62,773 nucleotides of DNA, taken from positions 1 through 62,773 of the forward strand of contig CAOKMR010000002.1 in the NCBI GenBank assembly GCA_948469815.1, in the 5' to 3' direction. Each line of letters starts with the position of its first letter. Positions within the stretch are counted from its first letter, which is position 1. Below are positions 10,563-19,085 of the stretch, in pieces. The notes under the pieces were generated by a model. That model was given only the letters and a program-made list of their open reading frames with translations. It did no database searches and was not told the DNA's origin. The position numbers and the translations under genes were made by a program. The DNA is from an uncultured Clostridiaceae bacterium (GTDB lineage Bacteria; Bacillota; Clostridia; TANB77; CAG-508).

Positions 10563-10775
10563 TTATGTTTTTGTAATCTTGCCACAATCTTGACAAACTA
10601 TAACTGATTTTGTTTTGCTTCCCTTTTTAGTAAGCAATGGAATTAATAAAATAAGTCCACAAGTACAAACAGCAAGTATAATCCAAATTAAGGACATTAT
10701 AATTCCTCTTTTCTTTTGCTTTTCCACAGCTTGAACTGTTATATTAGTGCTACCACAATGTTTACATTTTAGCAT
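10563..10775 (-). CDS. Small membrane protein with split zinc ribbon (CxxC..TM..CxxC); lysogeny-module accessory
   Basis: 70 aa: CKHCGS, a hydrophobic helix, then CQDCGK. Its position between int and the repressor is typical of superinfection-exclusion genes; that role is inferred only. Confidence 0.55.
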   Translation of the reverse strand: MLKCKHCGSTNITVQAVEKQKKRGIIMSLIWIILAVCTCGLILLIPLLTKKGSKTKSVIVCQDCGKITKT

Positions 10776-10789
10776 ATAAGAACTCCCTT

Positions 10790-11308
10790 CTAATTAAAAG
10801 CTGATTCATTCTCTGCTTTTATAACTCTTCCCAATATTTTTATTCTTTTTAATTCATCTACAGGTATATTAATAGTTTTATATGATGCATTCATAGCAAG
10901 TAGTTCATAATTCTTTTTATCTTCTGTTAATCGTATTTTTCGTATTGTTTTTCTATTATTTAGTTCTATTAAATATGTTGCTGTTTTTGTAAATGTTTCT
11001 TCTTTATATATAAGAGCAATATCTCCAGTATCTAATAAAGGATACATTGCATCATCTTCAGATACAAATTCAAAATAATTTGAACTAATAGAATTTTCAC
11101 TTAATAAATCTGAAATATTTATATGTAAGTAATCTGCTACTTCTTGTACTTTATCCATTTTAGGAATACGAGTACCATTACACCAACTTGAAATAGTAGA
11201 TTTATTTATATCTAAATCTCTTATAAAATCATCTTGTATTTTATGCCTTAAGTCCATATAGTAATTTAGATTTTTTGAAAATATTTTTTTATATTTATCA
11301 TTAGCCAT
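10790..11308 (-). CDS. CI/LexA-like phage repressor (XRE HTH plus S24-like C-terminal domain)
   Basis: HTH ..INKSTISSWCNGTRIP.. at the N-terminus. The C-terminal S24-like fold has DDAMYPLL..GDIALI, ..IRKIRL.. and ILGRVI. Divergent from the cro-like gene. Confidence 0.85.
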   Translation of the reverse strand: MANDKYKKIFSKNLNYYMDLRHKIQDDFIRDLDINKSTISSWCNGTRIPKMDKVQEVADYLHINISDLLSENSISSNYFEFVSEDDAMYPLLDTGDIALIYKEETFTKTATYLIELNNRKTIRKIRLTEDKKNYELLAMNASYKTINIPVDELKRIKILGRVIKAENESAFN

Positions 11309-11397
11309 GAAAAGACTCCTTTCCCTTTACTCTTCCTATTTTAACACCATAATTAAAAAAAAGCAATAAAAAAGTTAAAAAAATTCTACTTTTAGTA

Positions 11398-11426
11398 TTG
11401 ACATTCTACAAAAAGTAGAATATAAT
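11398..11426 (+). promoter_or_regulatory. Consensus sigma-A promoter (TTGACA-17-TATAAT) for the early rightward operon
   Basis: ttgaca at 11398-11403 and tataat at 11421-11426 with exactly 17 nt between them. The spacer is a perfect palindrome. Confidence 0.7.
11404..11420. promoter_or_regulatory. Operator palindrome TTCTAC-N5-GTAGAA inside the promoter spacer
   Basis: ttctacaaaaagtagaa; an identical 17-mer lies at 11653-11669 and a degenerate copy at 11384-11400. Confidence 0.55.
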
Positions 11427-11450
11427 GCAAACAATAAAACAAGAAAGGAG

Positions 11451-11672
11451 ATGATCCAAGTGTTGAAAATTACATTAACTGCAGCAAGAATAAATGCAGG
11501 ATATAGCATCGATGAAGTCGCTAAGATACTAAAGAAAGCAAAACAAACTATTATATCTTGGGAAAAGGGAAAAACTAGTATGAGGGTATCTGATTTTCAG
11601 GAATTATGCGACCTTTATAAGATACCTATGGACAATATTAATTTGCCTAGAGTTCTACAAAAAGTAGAATAA
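11451..11672 (+). CDS. Cro-like XRE-family HTH regulator
   Basis: ..GYSIDEVAKILKKAKQTIISWEKGKT.. HTH. The start may instead be GTG 11460, which has better spacing from the AAAGGAG RBS. Confidence 0.8.
   Translation: MIQVLKITLTAARINAGYSIDEVAKILKKAKQTIISWEKGKTSMRVSDFQELCDLYKIPMDNINLPRVLQKVE
11653..11669. promoter_or_regulatory. Second exact copy of the 17-bp operator palindrome
   Basis: Identical to 11404-11420; overlaps the last codons of the cro-like gene. Confidence 0.5.
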
Positions 11673-11744
11673 AGAGAAAGGAAGGAAAAATGAAAAGTAA
11701 AGAAAAAATGCGAGACGACACACAAATTCAAGGAGGAAAGGTAA

Positions 11745-11951
11745 ATGGTAGAAATAAAAAAGTTATCACCAGAACAGACAGGCAAAATAATTAAAATGCG
11801 ACCACAGGCAGTAAGATTAGGATTACAACAGCAAAGATTTCCTTTTGGTGTAGCAGTTCAAAAACCAAATGGGAGATGGACATATAACATAATAGCATCA
11901 AAAGTATATGAATATGCAGGGATAAAGGAGGGAAATCAAAATGAAAATTAA
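11745..11951 (+). CDS. Small phage protein, possible HTH/excisionase-like
   Basis: 68 aa with a strong RBS (aaggagg). Weak resemblance to small DNA-binding proteins only. Confidence 0.5.
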   Translation: MVEIKKLSPEQTGKIIKMRPQAVRLGLQQQRFPFGVAVQKPNGRWTYNIIASKVYEYAGIKEGNQNEN

Positions 11952-12159
11952 CAAAAAGAAATTTATTATAAGAATTTTAGAATTATTAGTTATTATAGCA
12001 ACAATTGTATTAACACCAATTGCAATAAAATATGCAAATGCAGCAAGAGGATATGAAGCAGTAGGAGGAGAATATTTAATTCCATTATTAGGGCTAGTAA
12101 TAATAATGATAATAGAAACAGTTTACGAAGAAAGCGAGGCTGAACAAAATGAACATTAG
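11941..12159 (+). CDS. Small membrane protein
   Basis: 72 aa with two hydrophobic helices; overlaps the upstream stop codon. Confidence 0.5.
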   Translation: MKINKKKFIIRILELLVIIATIVLTPIAIKYANAARGYEAVGGEYLIPLLGLVIIMIIETVYEESEAEQNEH

Positions 12160-12390
12160 AATTTATGTGAAAAGTTTATTTATCATATATAGATACAACA
12201 ATATGCTAATTACATTAAGACTTATGAAGAATAATTTAAAACTTTTGAAAGGGGGAATATAGGTATGCTGCACAATCAAATAAAAGAACCATCTACCAGC
12301 AACCAAACTGAAAATAGATAGTTCATAAAAATATTTATATAAATACTTTTTGTTTATATTCTAACACAGAAAGTTAGAAAGGACAAGAAA

Positions 12391-12594
12391 ATGGATAGAA
12401 TTTTTTATAATATGAATGGAAATTCCTATTACATTTTGTTTGGAGGAAAAGGCAAAAGATCCTTTTTATGCAAAATAACTGATAATGGATGTGCTCAATA
12501 TGTAATATGTGCAATATTAGAAGAAAATTCTTGGTGGCAAGGAAATTATTATGAAAGCTTTGAAGAAGCTTATGAAGAATGGAGGAAAAATTAA
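12391..12594 (+). CDS. Hypothetical phage protein
   Basis: 67-aa ORF with an RBS (aaaggacaag). Confidence 0.45.
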   Translation: MDRIFYNMNGNSYYILFGGKGKRSFLCKITDNGCAQYVICAILEENSWWQGNYYESFEEAYEEWRKN

Positions 12595-12595
12595 A

Positions 12596-13084
12596 ATGAG
12601 TAATTTATACCAATTAACAAATAATTATGAAACTGTACTTAATATGTTATATGACGAAGAAGTAGATGAACAAATGATACTTGATACATTAGAAGGAATC
12701 GAAGGAGAAATTGAAGATAAGGCAGATGGATATGCAAAAATTATAAAGGAACTTGAAGCAAAGAAAAACGCAAGAAAAGAAGAAGCCAAAAGACTAACAG
12801 AAAGTGCAAAAGTATTTGAAAATAGAGTAAATACCTTAAAACAAAATTTATTTAATACTATGAAATCTACAGGAAAAACAAAATTCGCAACAGATTTGTT
12901 TACATTTAATATTGCAAAAAATGGTGGAAAACAAGCACTTACTATTGATGGAGATGTACCTGAAGAATATACAAGAACAATTATTGAAAATGACACAGAA
13001 AAAATAAGAGCCGTTTTAGAGGCAGGAAAAGAATTACCTTTTGCTCATCTAGAGCCAAGAGGAGAAAGTTTGAGGATTAAATAA
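12596..13084 (+). CDS. Siphovirus Gp157-like protein
   Basis: MSNLYQLTNNYETVLNML.DEE.DEQ N-terminus typical of the Gp157 family. ATG 12596 has a GGAGG 10 nt upstream; the track start at 12551 overlaps the previous gene. Confidence 0.65.
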   Translation: MSNLYQLTNNYETVLNMLYDEEVDEQMILDTLEGIEGEIEDKADGYAKIIKELEAKKNARKEEAKRLTESAKVFENRVNTLKQNLFNTMKSTGKTKFATDLFTFNIAKNGGKQALTIDGDVPEEYTRTIIENDTEKIRAVLEAGKELPFAHLEPRGESLRIK

Positions 13085-13335
13085 TGGATGAAAACAAAGT
13101 AACTTTATCATTAGATAAATACATGGAAATGTATGAAAAAAGCAAAAAAATGGAAAATCAATTAAGTCAATTATGTAGTTTAATTTTAAATTATACAGAA
13201 CTAAACGATAAAAAGGACAATTTGAGAATCGACGGTTATAATATGAAATACGGAAGAACATTAGATTTAATTAAAGAGATATTTCCTCAGGAGTATGAAA
13301 CAAGACTTAAAGCATTAAAGGAGGATGAGGAATAG
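13084..13335 (+). CDS. Hypothetical phage protein
   Basis: 83-aa ORF, start overlapping the upstream stop (TAATG). Confidence 0.45.
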   Translation: MDENKVTLSLDKYMEMYEKSKKMENQLSQLCSLILNYTELNDKKDNLRIDGYNMKYGRTLDLIKEIFPQEYETRLKALKEDEE

Positions 13336-13680
13336 ATGAAAAAGAAAATTGAAACTCTTAATTTAGATAGTGAATTATTAAAACCTATGAAAACAAAACT
13401 GGAAAGTTCAATTGACACATTAACTAAAAATGCAATTTTAACAGGCAAAGAAGCAGAAATTACATTAAAGATAAATATTAGTGTAACCAAAAAAGACAGA
13501 GAATTTAACGACGAAATTCAAGAATATTTACAACCAAACTATGATTATCAAATAGCAGAAAAAATAAAAGAAGCAAAAGGATCTTATAAAGGATTTGTTG
13601 GATTCAATTATGCTGTAATAATTAATGATAATAGCGAAGTAGTAGTACAGGATGTAAATGAACAACAAAGTTTGTTTTAG
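13336..13680 (+). CDS. Hypothetical phage protein
   Basis: 114-aa ORF in operon context. Confidence 0.45.
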   Translation: MKKKIETLNLDSELLKPMKTKLESSIDTLTKNAILTGKEAEITLKINISVTKKDREFNDEIQEYLQPNYDYQIAEKIKEAKGSYKGFVGFNYAVIINDNSEVVVQDVNEQQSLF

Positions 13681-13690
13681 GAGGTAAGTT

Positions 13691-14338
13691 ATGGGAATAC
13701 CAGTATTAATTTTAGGAGAATCAGGTTCAGGAAAAAGCTGCAGCTTGAGAAATTTTGAAAAGGAAGATGTCGCAATTTACAATGTTGCAGGTAAGCCATT
13801 ACCTTTTAAAAAGCAACTAAACAAAGCAGACAACGTTACATATACACAGATAAAGAACAATATGCAAAAAGGAACTTTTAAAACTTATGTAATAGATGAT
13901 TCACAATACTTAATGGCCTTTGAAATGTTTGATAGAGCAAAAGAAGTAGGTTACAACAAATTTACAGATGTTGCATTAAACTTTAGAAGCCTTATAGATT
14001 ATGTAATAAAAAATACACCTGCAGATACGATAGTATATTTCTTACATCATACAGAAACAACAGATACAGGAAAGATAAAAGCTAAAACATCAGGTAAAAT
14101 GCTAGATAATCAATTAACATTAGAGGGATTATTTTCAATAGTATTACTTTGCAAAACAGATGGCCAGGAACATTATTTTGAAACACAAAGTGATGGATAT
14201 ACAACCTGCAAAAGCCCAATGGGAATGTTTGAAGCAAAGATTGATAATGACTTAAAAATAGTAGATCAAACAATTAGAGAATATTACGAATTAAATAAAA
14301 AGGAGGTAAAGAAAAATGAGCTTCCAAAGAAAAATTGA
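13691..14338 (+). CDS. AAA_24 / Sak4-like recombination ATPase
   Basis: Walker A GESGSGKS at the N-terminus, ~215 aa. The usual neighbours Gp157 and DUF669 are present. Confidence 0.75.
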   Translation: MGIPVLILGESGSGKSCSLRNFEKEDVAIYNVAGKPLPFKKQLNKADNVTYTQIKNNMQKGTFKTYVIDDSQYLMAFEMFDRAKEVGYNKFTDVALNFRSLIDYVIKNTPADTIVYFLHHTETTDTGKIKAKTSGKMLDNQLTLEGLFSIVLLCKTDGQEHYFETQSDGYTTCKSPMGMFEAKIDNDLKIVDQTIREYYELNKKEVKKNELPKKN

Positions 14339-14456
14339 AAGAAACCAATTAAAAAAACAATGGAAAGAACATAACAAAGGAGTGGCCAAAAAATATAGAT
14401 CAGACTTTAGAGGATTTTGGAAATGGTTTCAAAAGAAGAAAAGAGGTGAGAGATAA
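14316..14456 (+). CDS. Small basic protein (46 aa), not in ORF track
   Basis: AGGAGG 9 nt upstream of ATG 14316. Its stop overlaps the next ATG (TAATG). Confidence 0.3.
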   Translation: MSFQRKIERNQLKKQWKEHNKGVAKKYRSDFRGFWKWFQKKKRGER

Positions 14457-14701
14457 TGGTCGTAATGATAACTAGTGAAGAATACAAAGAATTAGTAATT
14501 AAAGCAAATAAATATGATGAGTTACAAAAGCCAAAAATGTGTGCAGCAGAAAATAAAACTGAAGAAACAAAAAGTGAAGGCAAACATTGTAAAAATGAAG
14601 ATGATGCCGACATAACAATTGAAGTAGGAAAACTTGAAGGAGATAGGGCAAAAGAGTTTATAAATTTTATTAAAAAAGTTACAGGGGAGGACAAGAAATA
14701 A
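14456..14701 (+). CDS. Hypothetical phage protein
   Basis: 81-aa ORF, translationally coupled to its neighbours. Confidence 0.45.
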   Translation: MVVMITSEEYKELVIKANKYDELQKPKMCAAENKTEETKSEGKHCKNEDDADITIEVGKLEGDRAKEFINFIKKVTGEDKK

Positions 14702-14883
14702 TGAGTACAAGAAATACACTTTTTCAAAAACCAACTGTTGAAATAGATCAAGACAGATATGAAGAGTTAATCAGACACGAAATGCAATATGAACAATATA
14801 AACAAGCTGCAGATGAAGGAACAAAAACTATTATTGAAACAAATATTGATATTAAATTAATAAATGAAAGTGAGGAAAAATAA
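14701..14883 (+). CDS. Hypothetical phage protein
   Basis: 60-aa ORF with ATG overlapping the upstream stop. Confidence 0.4.
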   Translation: MSTRNTLFQKPTVEIDQDRYEELIRHEMQYEQYKQAADEGTKTIIETNIDIKLINESEEK

Positions 14884-14885
14884 TT

Positions 14886-15440
14886 ATGGAAAAACCAAGT
14901 GATTATGAAAATGTACAACCAATAACAGATTTTGAAACATTAGAACCAGGAGCATATAAATGTAAAATATTAAAAGTAGAGGAATTAAAAGCTAGTAATG
15001 ATAAGATATATTTAAAAATTAGCTTTGATATTGCAGAAGGAGAAAAAACTGATTTTTACAAGAAAAAATATCAATCAGACACAAGAGAAGATAAAAAATG
15101 GGGAGGAGTTTTAGTAATATTTGTACTAGACTTTGAAAATAAAACAAATAGATACTTAAAAACACTAATAACTTGTGCTGAAGCATCAAATGCAAAATTC
15201 AAATTTGACTGGGATCATCCTGAAAAATTAAAAGATAAAAAAATCGGTATTATATTTAGAGAAGAGGAATTTGTAGATACATTTGGAACAACAAGAACTG
15301 CAACAAAACCTTTCAGAGCCTGCGTATATGATAAAACAGAAGAAGCAAAAATACCAAACAAAAAGTTATTACCACAAAAGGGAGAAGCATTTGATAGTTT
15401 TGAAGCTACATCATCAGACAATGATGATCTTCCTTTCTAG
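14886..15440 (+). CDS. DUF669-type phage single-strand DNA-binding-like protein with SSB-type acidic tail
   Basis: 184 aa, positioned after the Sak4-like gene. C-terminus is ..SSDNDDLPF. Confidence 0.65.
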   Translation: MEKPSDYENVQPITDFETLEPGAYKCKILKVEELKASNDKIYLKISFDIAEGEKTDFYKKKYQSDTREDKKWGGVLVIFVLDFENKTNRYLKTLITCAEASNAKFKFDWDHPEKLKDKKIGIIFREEEFVDTFGTTRTATKPFRACVYDKTEEAKIPNKKLLPQKGEAFDSFEATSSDNDDLPF

Positions 15441-15450
15441 GAGGTAAGCT

Positions 15451-16059
15451 ATGAGTTTGATCAGAGAAGTTAAGGAAAGGGCAAATATAGTAAAAGTAGC
15501 AGAACTTTATGGATTAAAACTGAATAGGGCATATAAATGTGTATGCCCATTCCATAAAGAAAAAACAGCTAGTCTTTCAATATCACCACAAAAACAAATA
15601 TGGAAATGCTTTGGATGTGGGAAAGGTGGCGACTCAATTTCTCTTGTATCAGAATTATTAAATATAAATGCTTTAGAAGCAGCAAAAAGTATAAACTACA
15701 CTTTAGGATTAGGACTAGATCCAAATCAAAAAAGTAATTATTTTGAAATCAATAAATATAAGAATAAGCAAAAAACAGAAGAAATATTTAAACAATGGGA
15801 AAATAAAACATTTCAATTATTGTGTGATTATTTACATTTGCTTTGGAAATGGGAAGAAGAAAAAGCACCGAAAAATATGGAAGAAGATCCTGATGACCTA
15901 TTTGTAGAAGCAATGCACAATAAAGATTATATTGACTATTTAATAGAGACAATTTTTATAAATGGAACAAATGAAGATAAAATATGGTTTTGGAAACACG
16001 AAAAAAAGGTGGTGAGAAGAATTGAATCAAGAGTTAGAACTTTCAGAGCAATTAATTGA
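15451..16059 (+). CDS. CHC2 zinc-finger protein (DnaG-type primase zinc-binding domain)
   Basis: CPFHKEKTASLSI...WKCFGCGKGGD motif. Confidence 0.75.
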   Translation: MSLIREVKERANIVKVAELYGLKLNRAYKCVCPFHKEKTASLSISPQKQIWKCFGCGKGGDSISLVSELLNINALEAAKSINYTLGLGLDPNQKSNYFEINKYKNKQKTEEIFKQWENKTFQLLCDYLHLLWKWEEEKAPKNMEEDPDDLFVEAMHNKDYIDYLIETIFINGTNEDKIWFWKHEKKVVRRIESRVRTFRAIN

Positions 16060-17926
16060 TGAAGGGTTTACACCTTTTGGAGAGATTAGTGAATTAACAA
16101 AAGAACAAATTTTAGATAAGGAAATATTTGAACATATTTTTTCAATAGATAACCAAATAGTAAGAACAACACTAATTATACAATTACAAGATAAGGCTAG
16201 GGAACTTGGAAACATAAGGAGTTTTGACAAACTTTTAAAAGCATACCAAACAGAATTTGCACAAAGATTTAAACAGAAAGGTAGCAATACAATTCAATTC
16301 ACACAACCACCAATTGAAAAACTAAAGTGTGGAAAGTGGGAATGTGAAGATACAGGAGTTACAAAAAGTATTATGGGTGCAGGTATGATTCCACAAACAA
16401 TAGTAGCTTGTTCACATCCTATATTACCAGTAGAAAGATTAATTAATGTTGACTCCGAAACGGAAAAAATAAAATTAGCATTTTTCAAAGATAATAAATG
16501 GCAGTACATAACAATTGAAAGAAGTATGGTAGCAAATAAATCTAATATTATCCAATTATCAGACAGGGGAATAGAAGTAAATTCAGAGAATGCAAAGGAT
16601 CTAGTTTCATATATTGCAGATGTAGTTTCCTTAAATGCAAAAGAAATTCCAGTAAATCGTAGTACAGACAGGTTGGGATGGATAGAAAATGAATTTGCAC
16701 CTTATGTAAGCGACTTAAAATATGATGGTGATATAGCATTTAAAGATGTATATGCAAGCATAAGAGAAGTTGGAGAATATGAAGAATGGAAAGAAGTATG
16801 TAGGAAAGTTAGAAAAGAAAGCAAAATTGCACATTTACTTTTAGCATCTTCATTTGCTAGCACACTAAATCAAATGTTAGGAGTATTGCCATTTGTAGTA
16901 CATATATGGGGTGGAACAGGAACAGGTAAAACAGTAGGATTAATGCTTGCAATGAGTGTTTGGGGTAACCCTGAAGTAGGAAAATTAGTAAGAACATTAA
17001 ATGCAACACAAGTAGCATTAGCAAGATATGCAGCATTCGTACACGATATACCATTTGCAGGAGATGAATTACAAACAATTAAAAGTAGATGGGATAGTTT
17101 TGACAACCTAGTAATGTATTTGACAGAAGGTGTTGATAGAGGTAGGGGCAAGGCTTATGGTGGAATAGAACTTTTGAAAGAATGGAATTGCTGTTTCCTA
17201 TTTACAGGAGAAGAACCAATAACAAAAGCAACTTCAGGTGGAGGAGTAAAGAACAGAGTAATTGAAGTAGAAGCAACAGAAAAAGTAATTGCAGATGGTA
17301 ATTTTGTAAGCAACTTTGTTAGAAAAAATTATGGATTTGCTGGTAAAGAGTTTATAAATAATATTCCTAAACAAGAAGAATTACAACAAAGGTATAGAGA
17401 GATATTTCAAAATATACTACAAAAAACAGACACTACAGATAAGCAGGCAATGGCAATGGCCACAGTATTACTTGCTGATGAAATATCTACAGATTTAATT
17501 TTCAAAGATGAAAAATTAACAATAGAAGATGTAAGTGGATGGCTTACAAGTGCAAAAGAAGTTGATGTTTCTACAAGAGCATATGAATGGACAATGAACT
17601 GGATTTCACAAAATATAAACCGATTTAGGGAAAATGAAAACGGAGAAATTTGGGGCAAATATGTCGAAAATGAAGATATTTGTTTAGTAAATAAAAGTTT
17701 ATATGCTGAAGCATTAAACAAAGCAGGTTTTGATTTTTCAGCAGTAATAAGAAACTTTGCAGATAGAAATCAAATAGAACGCAATTCACAAGGTAAATTT
17801 ACACATTCTACTAAAGCATTTGGTATAAAAGCAAACTACATAAAATTTAGATTAGAACCAGAAAAATCAGATCTTGCTTATGAAGAAGAATATAAACAAC
17901 AAGAAATGGAGGATCTACCATTTTAA
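16022..17926 (+). CDS. Phage replicative helicase/primase-associated P-loop NTPase (DUF927/VirE-like)
   Basis: 634 aa with Walker A WGGTGTGKT and Walker B-like FAGDEL. TTG start. C-terminus is ..EMEDLPF. Confidence 0.75.
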   Translation: MNQELELSEQLIDEGFTPFGEISELTKEQILDKEIFEHIFSIDNQIVRTTLIIQLQDKARELGNIRSFDKLLKAYQTEFAQRFKQKGSNTIQFTQPPIEKLKCGKWECEDTGVTKSIMGAGMIPQTIVACSHPILPVERLINVDSETEKIKLAFFKDNKWQYITIERSMVANKSNIIQLSDRGIEVNSENAKDLVSYIADVVSLNAKEIPVNRSTDRLGWIENEFAPYVSDLKYDGDIAFKDVYASIREVGEYEEWKEVCRKVRKESKIAHLLLASSFASTLNQMLGVLPFVVHIWGGTGTGKTVGLMLAMSVWGNPEVGKLVRTLNATQVALARYAAFVHDIPFAGDELQTIKSRWDSFDNLVMYLTEGVDRGRGKAYGGIELLKEWNCCFLFTGEEPITKATSGGGVKNRVIEVEATEKVIADGNFVSNFVRKNYGFAGKEFINNIPKQEELQQRYREIFQNILQKTDTTDKQAMAMATVLLADEISTDLIFKDEKLTIEDVSGWLTSAKEVDVSTRAYEWTMNWISQNINRFRENENGEIWGKYVENEDICLVNKSLYAEALNKAGFDFSAVIRNFADRNQIERNSQGKFTHSTKAFGIKANYIKFRLEPEKSDLAYEEEYKQQEMEDLPF

Positions 17927-18186
17927 GGTCTAACCTAAAACAAAAAGGTTAGACCAAGGTTAGACTATTTGAAAACATAGAAACAAGCGACTTATATAAA
18001 ATAAAAATATAAAAGTCTAACCTCTAACCAAATAATAATATACATATGGGAATTTTTATTAGAAATCTCAAAATAAAAAATTCATAAAAAATATAAATAT
18101 ATTCACAGAAAAAGGTTAGACAGGTTAGACCATTTGAAAAATAGCATATTTGAGATGTGCAAAAAATGTAAGACGGAGGTTAGACC
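17927..18186. repeat. Iteron array GGTTAGAC(C), putative phage replication origin
   Basis: Copies at 17927-35 (inverted), 17947-55, 17958-65, 18015-22 (inverted), 18114-21, 18123-31 and 18178-86. The non-coding, AT-rich spacer sits directly after the helicase gene. Confidence 0.65.
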
Positions 18187-18189
18187 ATA

Positions 18190-18606
18190 ATGAAAAGTAA
18201 AGAAAAAATTATAAATGATTCTATAAAACTTGAAACACCTCCTGGAGATTATAACTTATTAGAAATACATTGTTTTCTAGCATTAAAGCAGTTATTAGTA
18301 ATGTTTCATAATAAGCAGATAACTACTGAAAATGCTAGTAAAACAAAGCAACTAATATTAGCAGACTATGAAAAAAGATGTAAGGAATATGAATTTCAAA
18401 CATCAATGTTTCAAGAACACATAGATCATATAAAAAATACTGAAGCACAAAGGATTAGATTAAATAAAATGCTTAATGGAAAAGATGAGGAATTAAAGAA
18501 AATTCCTTTTGAAGAAGGGTTATGCCAATCATTAAATTTAGCAGTAGAAATACTTGATACTGTATTTAAGGGGGAATTTATAAATGGTAATAGTGAGTCA
18601 AGATAA
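18190..18606 (+). CDS. Hypothetical phage protein
   Basis: 138-aa ORF with RBS GGAGG. Confidence 0.5.
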   Translation: MKSKEKIINDSIKLETPPGDYNLLEIHCFLALKQLLVMFHNKQITTENASKTKQLILADYEKRCKEYEFQTSMFQEHIDHIKNTEAQRIRLNKMLNGKDEELKKIPFEEGLCQSLNLAVEILDTVFKGEFINGNSESR

Positions 18607-18856
18607 AAAAGAAATTACAAATTTTGATAATATAATGGCTATAAATATTTTAGATTGCGAAGAAGATGGATTTTTACTTTCTGCAGCTTTCTTAATAGGA
18701 ATAGATGATATTTATAGAGAGTTAAGATATTACAAAACAGAAAAAAGAGCACAAGAAGTATTACAAGAAATAATAAGCAAATATAGGCAATACAATTTGG
18801 ATAATAACAAAGCAGTAACAATACTTCCAAAAGTATATGAAATGCCAAAGGAGTGA
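18584..18856 (+). CDS. Hypothetical phage protein
   Basis: 90-aa ORF in operon context. Confidence 0.45.
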   Translation: MVIVSQDKKEITNFDNIMAINILDCEEDGFLLSAAFLIGIDDIYRELRYYKTEKRAQEVLQEIISKYRQYNLDNNKAVTILPKVYEMPKE

Positions 18857-18860
18857 AAAT

Positions 18861-19085
18861 ATGTCACAAAATGAACTTTTAGATAAAGTAATAGAATATT
18901 TACAAAGCCTAAAAAACAATTCAGAGGTTAGTATAAATATTAATCCACCTCATATTGAAGAAATTGCATCATGTTGCAGTGGACAAGTATATGGAAAAAG
19001 CAGATGTAGTATAGAAATTGAAGCAAAAACTCTATACACAAAAGATAATTTTAAGGTATTCGACAATTGGAAGGAGGTTAAATAG
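18861..19085 (+). CDS. Hypothetical phage protein
   Basis: ATG 18861 is preceded by AAAGGAG. It is in frame with the track ORF starting at 18837. Confidence 0.45.
   Translation: MSQNELLDKVIEYLQSLKNNSEVSININPPHIEEIASCCSGQVYGKSRCSIEIEAKTLYTKDNFKVFDNWKEVK

Noticed and set aside
11690-18209. Identical 20-mer atgaaaagtaaagaaaaaat at 11690-11709 and 18190-18209; both start an ORF reading MKSKEK.
   Set aside because: The sequence is A-rich and low-complexity, and the similarity stops immediately after 20 nt. It may be chance or a trivial N-terminal/RBS-context convergence. I cannot support a function.
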